The notes beneath the pieces were generated by a model. The model made no database searches and was not told where the DNA came from. It saw only the letters and a program-made list of their open reading frames with translations. Of a stretch of DNA of 64,000 nucleotides, positions 18,430 through 28,944 are shown piece after piece (the stretch's first letter is position 1; every line of letters begins with the position of its first letter). Position numbers and translations under genes: made by a program. Origin of the DNA: Clostridiales bacterium Firm_14 (GTDB lineage Bacteria > Bacillota > Clostridia > Saccharofermentanales > Saccharofermentanaceae); assembly GCA_001604135.1 (NCBI GenBank), contig LVAT01000013.1, forward strand, positions 260,896-324,895, read 5' to 3'.

Positions 18430-19555
18430 ATGAAAATATCTGCATACCTTTCTCTTGTGCAATTTTAGTCATCTCTGACAGCTTTGAGGGCTCAGACAAA
18501 AGCGATTCGATCTTTTCCTGAATCTCCCCTACTGAGTCCTCAGTTAAGAATAATACATTTCCTCCCAGATCAACATGATGCGTACCGGGCCAGTCTTTTA
18601 CGATCATGGGCTTGCCCTGCCCTGTTACCTGCTCCCACATCACGCTGTGCCTTCCGGGGAAGACCACTAAGTCAGAAGCCTCGAAATAATCATAAGTATC
18701 TTCAGAGCTGATCCACCCGATATATTGTACTTTGACAGAATCTGACAGATTCTTAACCTGTTCCTTTAATTCATCCGTAACAGAACCAAATACAATAAGA
18801 CGGACAGAAGGATTGCTTATATTCTGAACGGCCTGCATTAGCAGTAATGTCTGAGTCTTCCACTGATCGATCTTACCGCCGGTTACGATCAAGAAATCAC
18901 TATCACTGATGCCATATTGCTTTCTGATACGGTCACGTGCACCGCTGGTCTTGGCTCTCTCTACAAGCTCATCGTCAGCTCCCATAACCAGAAGCTCACA
19001 TTTATCAGCAGGCAACCCATAGATATCTTTAAGGAAATCCACACGAACCGGAAGCACACCATAAAACTTTTTGGCATATGGTTCAATCTGATGTTCTGTA
19101 TGTTTCCAAACGATCTTATGCAGGATATTCTTAGAGAACCAATTGGTCGCACTGTTTGAGAAATCGGCGTGATTATCAACGAATACAGTAACGTCTTTAT
19201 GATCCTTCAAGAACTTAACGACCTGATCGATATCAAGGAACTGTCCGCCATGAATGAATAAAATGTCCGGATCAGCCTTGCTGATGGCATCGAAAACACC
19301 GATATAGCGCTTCAGTCTCTTCCAAATCTTGCCGTTACTCTTATATGGTAACCTTGTTACCTTTATGTCGTACTCATTCTGATATGTACCGACATTATCG
19401 AGATAACAAGGCTTTCCCTGTTCATCAAAACTTCTGGTTGAAGCGATAACTTCAACATCATACCCAAGCTTTTTATGATACTTGGGAAGTAAGTTTTCCT
19501 GGTAAGAATAATTATCAGGAAAGAATGAACAGAGACACAAATGAACTATTTTCAT
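18398..19555 (-). CDS. GT-B glycosyltransferase (group 1-like)
   Basis: MKIVHLCLCSFFPDNYSYQENLLPKYHKKLGYDVEVIAS is a typical group-1 GT N-terminus. 385 aa. Confidence 0.6.
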   Translation of the reverse strand: MKIVHLCLCSFFPDNYSYQENLLPKYHKKLGYDVEVIASTRSFDEQGKPCYLDNVGTYQNEYDIKVTRLPYKSNGKIWKRLKRYIGVFDAISKADPDILFIHGGQFLDIDQVVKFLKDHKDVTVFVDNHADFSNSATNWFSKNILHKIVWKHTEHQIEPYAKKFYGVLPVRVDFLKDIYGLPADKCELLVMGADDELVERAKTSGARDRIRKQYGISDSDFLIVTGGKIDQWKTQTLLLMQAVQNISNPSVRLIVFGSVTDELKEQVKNLSDSVKVQYIGWISSEDTYDYFEASDLVVFPGRHSVMWEQVTGQGKPMIVKDWPGTHHVDLGGNVLFLTEDSVGEIQEKIESLLSEPSKLSEMTKIAQEKGMQIFSYADISKRAIE

Positions 19556-19559
19556 CTAT

Positions 19560-20177
19560 TTAAGCCTTATCCGGATCAATCGCACTTAGAAGCTTTACGG
19601 GATTGTCGAAAAACTCAGCAAATTTCTTGATCTTATCATCAGGCCAATCCCACCATTTAAGCTCCAACAACCGTTCAATAGTCTCATTGTCAAAGCGTTT
19701 TCTGATCTCCTTTGCAGGCACACCGGCAACTATTGAATAAGGTTCAACATCATGAGTAACAACGGCATTCGCACCGATTATCGCGCCTGAACCGATCTTT
19801 ACTCCGGCTTTAACAAAAACGCCGGAACCTATCCATACATCATTTCCAATGATAACTGTCTCAGAAGGAGAAAACTTGATGGAACCAAAATTGTATCCAA
19901 CTGCACTTTTACCCTCAAGGAATACAGGAGAAGTAGAAACCATATCCGTCGGATGAAGGCCCCCGCCTATCTGGCATCTTCCGCCAATAGAACAGAACGA
20001 ACCGATCTTCGCATCAGTAATATTGGTATTCTTTGCGATATATGAATAACTTCCGAGCTTTACTCTGGATAAAGTGCACTTCTCATATACTTTAGAAGTG
20101 CGGTCGATCTCAGAATCCTTAATAGAAGCTATCTGCATTTTAGACATCAATTTAGCGAAATAAAAAGATAAACCCAT
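19560..20177 (-). CDS. Hexapeptide-repeat O-acetyltransferase (XAT/CatB-Vat class)
   Basis: [52 protein letters not shown] ... KWWDW. Confidence 0.85.
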   Translation of the reverse strand: MGLSFYFAKLMSKMQIASIKDSEIDRTSKVYEKCTLSRVKLGSYSYIAKNTNITDAKIGSFCSIGGRCQIGGGLHPTDMVSTSPVFLEGKSAVGYNFGSIKFSPSETVIIGNDVWIGSGVFVKAGVKIGSGAIIGANAVVTHDVEPYSIVAGVPAKEIRKRFDNETIERLLELKWWDWPDDKIKKFAEFFDNPVKLLSAIDPDKA

Positions 20178-20178
20178 A

Positions 20179-21369
20179 TCAATTACCTCTCACTGCATCT
20201 TCGAGAATCTTCACATATAGTTTAGCATTCTCAACCGGTCCTAATTCAGATAAGAATTCAGCTGCATTATCAGACTTGCGGCTGCCGTTCTTATATACCT
20301 TCAAGATCTCTTCCGCCATAGCATCCGAATCACCGGGAGCTACAACACTCCACTGGTCAACTTTGCTTAAACGCTTAGCCATATCAGAATCAAGATCCAT
20401 GGATACAACAGTAGGGTTCTCAGATAGCAGACAGGTTGCGGTCTTACTCGGCATACAAGTATAAATTACGCCTTTGGGTACCGGATTAATATTGACGTCG
20501 GCAGCACAATAGTTATCCTGTGCATATTCCATAGGCTGACGGCCATAAAAACGTACATTCTTAAGGCCGAGTTCCTCAGTTCTTGCCTTTAATCTGTTTA
20601 AGCCGCTTCCTTCTCCGATAACATAAAATACAATATCCTTATAGCTTTCAAGCTTCTTTGCTGTCTGTACAAGCATCTCAGCATCCATCATCTGGCCGAC
20701 ATTACCGGCATATACAACACGGAAACCGTCGTTTCTTTGTATGTTATTACTGATCAGGAAGTGATTCTTCTCATCAGGAATATCATAGGCTTCATTCTGA
20801 TAACTCCAGTTGTAAATGACATCAACGTCTTCTCTGCCCTCATTTTGGATTGTCTTCTTAAGATCTTCGCTGATGGTTACTACTCTAGTAGCCTTCTTGT
20901 AAGCTTTAGATTGAAGCGACTTTGCGATGATAAATGCAGGATTCGACTTAGACAGCTTCCCTATTACCATCGCATCTATGGGAAAAATATCCTGGACATT
21001 ATAAACGACCGGTATATGCAGTTTATTTGCGATCTTTACCGGAATATAAGCATTATTATTTGATTGAAGGAATATGACATCTATATCAGATAAGGATTTA
21101 ACAACCTTGCCGGATTCTGAATAATACTGAAAGCCTTTAATATATCTGAAGACGAAATTACTCTTAGCCGCAGGCTTCTGAATAACATTGTAGACTTTAA
21201 GCAGTGGTTCATCCTTAAGGTCATCGGGTAATCTGCCGTCACTTTTTTGCACCTGAACGAGAGATACATTATGTCCGGCATTTATCATCTCTCTGATAAG
21301 TCTATGCATGAGATGATAAGAAGAATACCATTCTTCAAAACTAGCTCCGGACCATAGACAAATATTCAT
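20179..21369 (-). CDS. Family 4 glycosyltransferase (WbuB-like)
   Basis: GT-B layout. ATG at 21369 with GAGGAA 5 nt upstream. Confidence 0.75.
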   Translation of the reverse strand: MNICLWSGASFEEWYSSYHLMHRLIREMINAGHNVSLVQVQKSDGRLPDDLKDEPLLKVYNVIQKPAAKSNFVFRYIKGFQYYSESGKVVKSLSDIDVIFLQSNNNAYIPVKIANKLHIPVVYNVQDIFPIDAMVIGKLSKSNPAFIIAKSLQSKAYKKATRVVTISEDLKKTIQNEGREDVDVIYNWSYQNEAYDIPDEKNHFLISNNIQRNDGFRVVYAGNVGQMMDAEMLVQTAKKLESYKDIVFYVIGEGSGLNRLKARTEELGLKNVRFYGRQPMEYAQDNYCAADVNINPVPKGVIYTCMPSKTATCLLSENPTVVSMDLDSDMAKRLSKVDQWSVVAPGDSDAMAEEILKVYKNGSRKSDNAAEFLSELGPVENAKLYVKILEDAVRGN

Positions 21370-21378
21370 CAATATTCC

Positions 21379-22527
21379 TCATTCCGCAAATAATGCCTTG
21401 ACACAAGCTTTTGTAGCACCAACACCATACTGAATGAACTCGTCACGGAATCGCTTGGTATTGGCACACTCGGCATTGTAGTCAATGTTCTTTATTCGGC
21501 TTAATAACTCGTCCTCTGTGCGGCATGACTTATTGGGATATTTCTTATCAATATCGAAATATGTTCCGCGGTCAGCTAAGTAAGTCTCATAATCATAAGC
21601 ATAACAGAATATAGGCTTGCAAAGAACGGAATAATCAAAAGAAATTGCGCTATAATCCGTTATCAGCAAGTCAGATACGATCATAAGATCGTTTACATTG
21701 TTATATTCAGAGTAATCTCTGACAAATTCATCGAACTGTACACCAAGGACCTTGGTCGTCAGGTGATGCGCTCTGAACAGAACGATATATTCTGAACCAA
21801 GCTCTTTCTTCCAATTATCGAAGTGGATCGGAGGCTTGATCTCATAATTCTTGCCACCGTCCGTACTGTCTCTCCAGGTAGGCGCATAGAGGATTATCTT
21901 CTTATCAGAAGGAAGTCCAAGCTTTGACCTTATCTCTTCCCTCTTATTCTCTGTTGCATGCCAGAGTTCCTCATTTCTGGGCATTCCGCATCTTAGATAA
22001 GTACTCTCATTGGCATTAAAGGCACTCTTCCAAACCTTCTCATCGTGACTGCCGGATACCACAAGATGATCTACTGTATCGAAGTTATAGTCATTTCTTC
22101 CGGGACAATCATTACCGATATGCTTCAAAGCAATACCGTGCCAAGTATTAAGATATACCTGTTTTTTCTTCTTAAACTTAAGTCCGCGCTCAATATTGGT
22201 GTTTGTTACCCAGTATTTCGCCTTAAGTGCTGTTCTGAAGTATTTAGCAGAATCTATCATGACTGTATCAAGTTCCGGATGCTCTTCTGGATGCTCAAAT
22301 GCCCATACGCAGCGATATTTGCTATATTCCGGATGAGACTTCATATAATCATAGATTGCTTTGGGGCTGTCATTGAATCCCAATCCCATAAAAGAAACGA
22401 ACAGAACCAGATTATCGTCAATCTTAATGAAAAATCCTAAAAAGCGGAACACAAAGCTCATTATTACGCAGTAGAGCTTCTGTAAAGCAGTATTATGCTT
22501 AAGTATAAATATTACTCTTTGTCTCAT
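21379..22527 (-). CDS. CDP-alditol (glycerol/ribitol) phosphotransferase, TagF/TagB family
   Basis: YLNTWHGIALKHIG, ILYAPTWRD, FRAHH and LITDYSAISFDYSVLCKPIFCYAYDYETY are typical of the Glyphos_transf family. Confidence 0.8.
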   Translation of the reverse strand: MRQRVIFILKHNTALQKLYCVIMSFVFRFLGFFIKIDDNLVLFVSFMGLGFNDSPKAIYDYMKSHPEYSKYRCVWAFEHPEEHPELDTVMIDSAKYFRTALKAKYWVTNTNIERGLKFKKKKQVYLNTWHGIALKHIGNDCPGRNDYNFDTVDHLVVSGSHDEKVWKSAFNANESTYLRCGMPRNEELWHATENKREEIRSKLGLPSDKKIILYAPTWRDSTDGGKNYEIKPPIHFDNWKKELGSEYIVLFRAHHLTTKVLGVQFDEFVRDYSEYNNVNDLMIVSDLLITDYSAISFDYSVLCKPIFCYAYDYETYLADRGTYFDIDKKYPNKSCRTEDELLSRIKNIDYNAECANTKRFRDEFIQYGVGATKACVKALFAE

Positions 22528-22629
22528 ATATCAAATAAATACGGTCATAATAAAGACTGTCCCTGGACAGCCTTAGGAATTCTATCACAAACTCTTATAT
22601 AAAATAAGAATAAAGCGGAAGAATCAGAT

Positions 22630-23808
22630 TTATTTAATATCTTTTGTCCTTAACCGAACCGTCTTACGTATCTGTGTGCTGTTCGTGGTTTCTGTATAAG
22701 GGAAATATACGATCTCAACGTTCTTGTCCTTAAAGAACTCCTCATAACGCTTAAAACGTTCACTTCCCTTGTAATCAGAACCAACAAAAAGCTTATTAAA
22801 GTGATATATAGCCCAAGCATCAGAATCTTCCGTGCATGACTTGACTACTTTATCGACATATCTGCAGCTGGCAACAGTCTCACATCTCTCTTCAAAAGGT
22901 ATAAATGTTTCCTTACCCTTCCAAGCACCGCTCTCATGAACACCGACGATCAGATAATCACACTCAGCTTTTGCTCTGCGCAGAATATTAATATGTCCTA
23001 CATGGAAAAGGTCAAATGTTCCTGACAAATAACCGATCTTAACTCTCTTATGATTGTCGACTCTTCCTGAATCCTTCTTATACTGATAACTATGGAATCC
23101 GTATTCGTGAGGATCGGCCTGATAGCTCTCAATAACCTCTTTAAATGTCTCTTTATACTGAGGAATATAGAGTTCAGTTGACGAGAAAAGCTTGGAAACG
23201 ATCTTAGAAGCCAAAGGTTCAAGAAGTTCTAATCTGTTATCTCCGCCATAAAACTTGGAACCTTTGAATGTTGACGGAGATACATTAAGAATACGGTTCG
23301 AAGTACCGGAAGCCTCTAATTCAATGTTTACGCTCTCAATGAATCTGCATACTGCAGCCTTAGATGCGGAATATACAGAAGCCTCCGGTGAAGATAATAA
23401 ACCGGCAATTGAACCCATAACACCGCAATAGAACTTATCATTAGACTTTATGCGGCCATAAAACAAACGAAGAATCTCAATAGTTGATGTGGCATTTACA
23501 GTCATCATGTTCTTGATCTCTGCCGTATGCATATACTCAAATTCGCATATACGGCCAAAACCGGCAGTAATCATAAGAACCTCAACATTCTTATCAGATG
23601 CTATTGAGGAAATATATTCTTCATTCAAATAAAGGAGATCACAGAAATGATACTCATAAGAACCTGCAGGTATCAATCCTTCATCAGGTTCTTCCCTGTC
23701 CAGGATCTCTACAAAATATCCTTCAGAGACAAGTTTTATAACTATTGCTAGGCCGATTCCGTTACTTCCGCCAATTACTACGGCCTTCTTCGATATATCA
23801 GATGACAT
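22630..23808 (-). CDS. Fusion protein: N-terminal short-chain dehydrogenase/reductase plus C-terminal TagD-type cytidylyltransferase
   Basis: N-terminus has VIGGSNGIGLAI and YSASKAA (SDR Gly-rich loop and YxxxK). C-terminus has GYLSGTFDLFHVGHINILRRAKAECDYLIVGV and CRYVDKVV (HxGH nucleotidyltransferase, TagD-like). Confidence 0.75.
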   Translation of the reverse strand: MSSDISKKAVVIGGSNGIGLAIVIKLVSEGYFVEILDREEPDEGLIPAGSYEYHFCDLLYLNEEYISSIASDKNVEVLMITAGFGRICEFEYMHTAEIKNMMTVNATSTIEILRLFYGRIKSNDKFYCGVMGSIAGLLSSPEASVYSASKAAVCRFIESVNIELEASGTSNRILNVSPSTFKGSKFYGGDNRLELLEPLASKIVSKLFSSTELYIPQYKETFKEVIESYQADPHEYGFHSYQYKKDSGRVDNHKRVKIGYLSGTFDLFHVGHINILRRAKAECDYLIVGVHESGAWKGKETFIPFEERCETVASCRYVDKVVKSCTEDSDAWAIYHFNKLFVGSDYKGSERFKRYEEFFKDKNVEIVYFPYTETTNSTQIRKTVRLRTKDIK

Positions 23809-23861
23809 GCAGAACTGTTCCTGTATAGCTTTCTACTCGTTTTCGTCAGAAATTATACAAT

Positions 23862-23889
23862 AAAAAAAAAGCAAGTAAAGTTAACCTTT
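23862..23889 (-). promoter_or_regulatory. Candidate promoter for module 1 (SDR-cytidylyltransferase operon)
   Basis: Minus strand: TTTACT (23889-23884), 16 nt, TATAAT (23867-23862). Confidence 0.4.
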
Positions 23890-23892
23890 GTA

Positions 23893-23928
23893 AAACCAAA
23901 CAACATTTCGTCTTTGGCTTGTTGGTTT
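23893..23928 (-). terminator. Hairpin after the module-2 terminal gene (weak intrinsic terminator)
   Basis: AAACCAAACAAC ... GCTTGTTGGTTT, an imperfect stem of about 10 bp. On the minus strand it ends in UUUU. Confidence 0.35.
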
Positions 23929-23969
23929 GAAAAAAATGATATTAAAACACTTATATTGAAATTTTGGTT

Positions 23970-25106
23970 TTACAATCCCATAGCTTTCAACAATTTATCA
24001 TACTTTTCCACTTCAGTTTTATCTATTGAATTTGCTTGTTTAAACTCGGAAAAATAAGCTTTAGTCTTATTTATTCTAAATACTTTGGTCCATCTTACAA
24101 CTTGATAATAAGGAACCAAAATAGGATATTTTCTGCATTTGGGATAATAATTTTCGAGTTCTTCACTTGTTTTAAATATCCTGCCACTGATGTATTTTTT
24201 GCCAGAATCTCTGCGTTTCTTAGAAACAATCATTAAATGTTGGGAACCAAAAACACATCCTGATAAAACTAATTCTTCAAAAAGTCGAGAATTTTCATCA
24301 TGAACATCATCATTAAACCATACATCAATTAACTTACAACATGAATTATAAAAGCCTAAAATGCCAGCACTTTCACAAAACAGTTTAACTTTATTATAAT
24401 CAAAATCCGTTTGAGTCCTCAAAACATAAATATCAAGTAAAGGTCTAATCCCAATTCCACCGCTTTGTATAAAGTGTTTAGCAGCATGAGAAACAATATA
24501 AAACATATTGTATTCCGGCGTGAATACATACCTATATGGTTTTTCTGTGCTAATCGTATTATCCCAAGGGTTCGAAAGAGCATCGCTAATCTTCTCAACC
24601 GAATATTCCAATGAGAAATGCAATTCAAGATGAACATACTGGTTTACAAAATGAGCATCATGACGTTCTTTCTTATAGTATTTAAAACTAGTTTTAGATT
24701 CCAAAACGCGAATTGCTTTATCTAAATCCTCAAGATGAATCAAAACATCAATATCGGAACTAGTTCGCATTTCCGGTTGAGGGTACAGTTCACGAATAAC
24801 AGAACCTTTTAGCGGAATAAACGGAATAGATGAACTTTCTAGAGCATCAGTTATTTCGGCTAAAGAAACCATTCGCTGTGTATAGTCGTATACTGACTTT
24901 GACTCTTCCGCAAGCAAACTTTTACTTATATGTTCAGAATATCCTAATTTCTTTAATCCGGCAGTTATTATAGGAACGATTTTCTGTTTATGTGCAATTA
25001 ATTCTATCGCTTTAAAATCATCCGCATTAATATCAACAGAAACTACCGGAAGATCAAAAGCAGCTCTTATAACAGAGAACAAAACTTCACTTATATTATT
25101 ATTCAT
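23970..25106 (-). CDS. Uncharacterised nucleotidyltransferase family protein (NTP_transf_5-like), copy 1
   Basis: IPFIPLKGSVIRELYPQPEMRTSSDIDVLIHLEDLD matches the LKG...YP...R..DIDLL signature. Confidence 0.6.
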   Translation of the reverse strand: MNNNISEVLFSVIRAAFDLPVVSVDINADDFKAIELIAHKQKIVPIITAGLKKLGYSEHISKSLLAEESKSVYDYTQRMVSLAEITDALESSSIPFIPLKGSVIRELYPQPEMRTSSDIDVLIHLEDLDKAIRVLESKTSFKYYKKERHDAHFVNQYVHLELHFSLEYSVEKISDALSNPWDNTISTEKPYRYVFTPEYNMFYIVSHAAKHFIQSGGIGIRPLLDIYVLRTQTDFDYNKVKLFCESAGILGFYNSCCKLIDVWFNDDVHDENSRLFEELVLSGCVFGSQHLMIVSKKRRDSGKKYISGRIFKTSEELENYYPKCRKYPILVPYYQVVRWTKVFRINKTKAYFSEFKQANSIDKTEVEKYDKLLKAMGL

Positions 25107-25201
25107 TCAATTATTTACTCCTAATTAATCAAGATTATAATCCAAAATTAAAATAATTTAATGCTATACTGTATATAAATTTCTTTACAAGTTGGAGCAC
25201 C

Positions 25202-26059
25202 ATGAAAAGAATTATCAGAAAAATACTTAGAATCCGTAAAAACGAAACTGTAGCTGATGGTGTTTCTCGTCATATTTCGCAAATCAAAAAACTCTTTTAT
25301 AAAAAGAAAATATCTCAAAACGAGTTAAAATCTTTACTCTCCGATCTAGGGATTAAAAAAGGTGATACGCTAATTGTCCACTGCTCTTGGAGAAATTGTT
25401 TTATGCTAGATATGTCACCAAGCGCTTTTATTGATGTATTACTTGATTTATTGGGAGACGAGGGCACTTTATTAATGCCTAGTTTTCCTTATAAGCATGA
25501 TAAATTCAACGTAAATCAAGATGTTTCTGCTGCTGGCGTACTTTCAGAAGTCTTTAGAAACAGAGAAAGCACTGTACGTAGTTCTTTTCCCAAGGGAACT
25601 ATGAGCGGTTATGGAAAATCCGCCAGAGAGATAATAGACGGACATCGAAACAGCATTTACGAGTACGATTCGAAATCTCCCTATTCAAATGCAATTCTAG
25701 CTCATGATGCTAAGATTTTGTTAGTTGGTATGGGGCTTCATCCTCACAAAATATCTGCATTCCATTGCGGATCATATGATGCAAAATCTAACAATGAATT
25801 ATTGAATAAAACTTATTCAAAAGATTGTAAATCTCTTATCACCAAAGATGATACTACTTTTGAGTTCAAATATGTGGATAGAATACCGGGCTGCAGAAAT
25901 AACAAGTCCAGTTTCAGAAGGTTATTTAATAAAACTCCACACCAAACGATAACTAGAAAAGGATTTAACGCAATTCTTTTTAGGGGTTATGATGCATATA
26001 CAAAAGCTTATGAGTATTGCTCTGGCGGAAAGACGCTTTACAGATATGCAAATAAATAA
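25202..26059 (+). CDS. AAC(3)-family N-acetyltransferase fold protein
   Basis: LGIKKGDTLIVHCSW ... LLGDEGTLLMPSFPY follows the aminoglycoside 3-N-acetyltransferase family pattern. GGAG lies 5 nt before the ATG. It is the only plus-strand gene between 9963 and 35867. Confidence 0.65.
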   Translation: MKRIIRKILRIRKNETVADGVSRHISQIKKLFYKKKISQNELKSLLSDLGIKKGDTLIVHCSWRNCFMLDMSPSAFIDVLLDLLGDEGTLLMPSFPYKHDKFNVNQDVSAAGVLSEVFRNRESTVRSSFPKGTMSGYGKSAREIIDGHRNSIYEYDSKSPYSNAILAHDAKILLVGMGLHPHKISAFHCGSYDAKSNNELLNKTYSKDCKSLITKDDTTFEFKYVDRIPGCRNNKSSFRRLFNKTPHQTITRKGFNAILFRGYDAYTKAYEYCSGGKTLYRYANK

Positions 26060-26080
26060 TTCAATTCAAACTTACTAAGT

Positions 26081-27595
26081 TTATTTGTTAGCCATTTTCT
26101 TAACAGCTGAAACAAGTTGGATTATTGTTTTCTCTTTAAATATAAATAACATTACAAAATAGATACTTAACCCAACTGACGCCAATATTATGAAGCTGAT
26201 TAATGGTGAAAAAGTAATAAAAGGGCTAACAATAATTAAAACACCTAACATAACTGCTAAACTCAGTATTATTTTCCAATAGGATACTACAGTTTCTTTA
26301 GACAATAAATTAATATAACGTTTACTATAATCTATTAGCATGACAATGATGAAGACATAACTAGCTACAGCTGTAGCTCCTACTACACCTAGAATTCCGA
26401 ATTTCTTTACAAACAAAACAGATAGAAATATATTTAGTGCTACTTCCATAACACCCATATACATTGGATGTTTAGTATCACTGAGACCATAATAAGAACG
26501 ACTTAAAACAGTTTTAATGCTAACAGGTAAAAGACACAAAATGTACATTCTAAGTCCTGTAGCACATTGATTAACCGCTACCGCATCAAATTTTCCATGT
26601 CCATAAACAAATGAAACAATATCTTCAGAACAAAGAATTGTTATTGCTATTAATGGCAAACTTAAAAGTATGATTATTTTTGAACTCTCATCTAAAATGC
26701 CCTTGATTTTAGGCAGGTCCTTATTAGTACCAGCTTCTGACAGTTCAGTAAACATAACGGTTGAAATAGGCATAGAAATAAGTGCTGTAACAAATTGAAA
26801 TAACACAGCAGAATATGAAACGGCTGTCAATGCTCCAACTGCTACACCAGATAGCAACGCTCTATCAACAACTTGATTGATCTCTACAGTAGCTTGTGCT
26901 AATAGAATAGGTGTAGCTTGTATTAAGAGAACACGGATATTCTCATCTTTGAAACCATACTTAAAAGAAATCAAAGCATATTTATGCCCAACAAAATATA
27001 AGGCGATCCATTGAACAAAGAAAGAAATCGGCATAGCTAAAACGAGTGACCAAACGCCGATTTTATTCGAAAAAGCAATAATAAATAGGATTAGAATTAT
27101 ACTATTAAACAAAGAACTCATTGCAGAAAAACCATATTTCTTTTCTGCATTTAAAACACTGGTAAATAGATTTGCCATCAATGAAAATGTTATCCCTAAA
27201 AGAAGGACTCTAAAAAACGAAGTAGCTAATTGTTGTTGTTCGACATCGAATGCTGGCGCAATAAATCTAACAATAAGGTTAGATGATAAGAATAAAACGG
27301 CAGATAAAACAAGAGAACAACAACAAAGTACAGTAATAGTTCTCGTTGCAAATTTCTTTCTATCATCATCTATATTCTTGTGTTGAATGTAAATTGGAAC
27401 AAAAGCGACAGCAATTGATGTTGTCAACATATATAGAATGTTACCAACAAAACCACTAGTTACATTAAAAGCATCCATTTCAACAGAAGCACCAAAATAT
27501 GATGCTTCTACCATAGATTTAATAAAACCAATTATTTTTGCAACAAGAGATAGTAGAAAAACAATTCCAGTTGCCTTAATTACAGATTTTTTCAT
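26081..27595 (-). CDS. MurJ/MviN-like MOP flippase
   Basis: IIGFIKSMVEASYFGASVEMDAFNV is a typical MurJ N-terminus. 14-TM-like hydrophobicity. 504 aa. Confidence 0.75.
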   Translation of the reverse strand: MKKSVIKATGIVFLLSLVAKIIGFIKSMVEASYFGASVEMDAFNVTSGFVGNILYMLTTSIAVAFVPIYIQHKNIDDDRKKFATRTITVLCCCSLVLSAVLFLSSNLIVRFIAPAFDVEQQQLATSFFRVLLLGITFSLMANLFTSVLNAEKKYGFSAMSSLFNSIILILFIIAFSNKIGVWSLVLAMPISFFVQWIALYFVGHKYALISFKYGFKDENIRVLLIQATPILLAQATVEINQVVDRALLSGVAVGALTAVSYSAVLFQFVTALISMPISTVMFTELSEAGTNKDLPKIKGILDESSKIIILLSLPLIAITILCSEDIVSFVYGHGKFDAVAVNQCATGLRMYILCLLPVSIKTVLSRSYYGLSDTKHPMYMGVMEVALNIFLSVLFVKKFGILGVVGATAVASYVFIIVMLIDYSKRYINLLSKETVVSYWKIILSLAVMLGVLIIVSPFITFSPLISFIILASVGLSIYFVMLFIFKEKTIIQLVSAVKKMANK

Positions 27596-27622
27596 ATCAA
27601 TGGCTTACAGTGATTAAAAGTA

Positions 27623-28942
27623 TTACAATCTCCACCAATTTAAGCCAGAGCTATTCAATTCATCTACGTTATATAGACCTTTAACATCAATCAAAACGTT
27701 CTCTTTATCAGGACGCGATTTATAGAAAGTTTTGATTTTATTAAGGCCTAAAGATTTAAACTCATTGTGAGCGACGGCAACAATAATGCAATCAGCATCA
27801 TTTATATCTTCAATATTCGATAATGTTACACCATACTCTAATCTTGCATCTCTTTCAGAAGCCCACGGATCCACAACAATCGGATTTATCCCATACGTTT
27901 TTAACTGTTTAATAATATCAGCAACTTTACTGTTACGCGTATCCGGACAATTTTCTTTAAATGTTAGGCCCAAAATAACAACTTTGCTATTTTTGGGAGA
28001 TTGTTCTGATTCAATCATCTTTTTGACTGCTTTATCCGCAATAAAAGAACCCATTGAATCATTTACAATTCGGCCATTCAAAATAATCTGGCTATGATAA
28101 CCCAATTTCTCAGCCTCATATGTGAAATAATATGGATCAACACCTATACAATGACCACCAACAAGACCTGGCCTAAAACCTAAAGAATTCCATTTTGTAT
28201 TCATTCCATCAACAACTTCATTAGTATCAATCCCCATACGGTCAAATACCATTGCTAATTCATTCATGAAAGCAATATTAATATCACGCTGACTGTTTTC
28301 AACAACTTTTATAGCTTCAGCAGTTTTAATGCTTGATACCGGATAGGTTCCTACTTCAATAACTAAGTCATAAACTTTCTTAATCTCAGCACAACATTCA
28401 GGTGTAATACCAGAAACTATCTTTTTAATATTTTCAAGACGATGCACTTTATCACCCGGGTTAATCCTTTCCGGGCTGTATCCAACTAAAAAATCCTCCC
28501 CGCACTTTAAACCAGATTCTTTTTCTAAAATGGGAATGCAAAAATCTTCTGTTACACCAGGATAAACCGTAGATTCAAATACAACAATAGAACCTTGGGT
28601 AAGATTTCTACCAACAACCTCACTTGCACCCTGCACAGGAGAAAGATCTGGCGTGTGATCGGCATTTACCGGTGTGGGCACTGCAACAATTATGAATTCT
28701 GCTTCCTTAAGCCTAGATTCATCATCAGTAAATTCAACAGTAGTCGCTTTAACACCAGCATCACCTATTTCATGTGTCGGATCAACACCATTTTTATATA
28801 AATCAATCTTAACACTGTTGGTATCAAAACCAATTACATTTACTTTTTTTGCAAAAGCAACTGCTATTGGCATCCCTACGTATCCTAGGCCTACTAAAGC
28901 AAGCTTAGATTTCTTTGATATTAAGTTCTCATATACTGTCAT
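27623..28942 (-). CDS. UDP-N-acetyl-hexosamine 6-dehydrogenase family (TviB/WbpO/Cap5O-like nucleotide-sugar dehydrogenase)
   Basis: LVGLGYVGMPIAVAFA (NAD fold) and catalytic Cys context GLVGGHCIGVDPYY. 439 aa. Confidence 0.8.
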   Translation of the reverse strand: MTVYENLISKKSKLALVGLGYVGMPIAVAFAKKVNVIGFDTNSVKIDLYKNGVDPTHEIGDAGVKATTVEFTDDESRLKEAEFIIVAVPTPVNADHTPDLSPVQGASEVVGRNLTQGSIVVFESTVYPGVTEDFCIPILEKESGLKCGEDFLVGYSPERINPGDKVHRLENIKKIVSGITPECCAEIKKVYDLVIEVGTYPVSSIKTAEAIKVVENSQRDINIAFMNELAMVFDRMGIDTNEVVDGMNTKWNSLGFRPGLVGGHCIGVDPYYFTYEAEKLGYHSQIILNGRIVNDSMGSFIADKAVKKMIESEQSPKNSKVVILGLTFKENCPDTRNSKVADIIKQLKTYGINPIVVDPWASERDARLEYGVTLSNIEDINDADCIIVAVAHNEFKSLGLNKIKTFYKSRPDKENVLIDVKGLYNVDELNSSGLNWWRL

Positions 28943-28944
28943 GC

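Noticed and set aside
25202-26059. The AAC(3)-family gene considered as an aminoglycoside-resistance determinant or a marker of a mobile element.
   Set aside because: No flanking transposase, integrase or repeats. It is embedded in a glycan cassette, and fold-family membership alone does not establish resistance.
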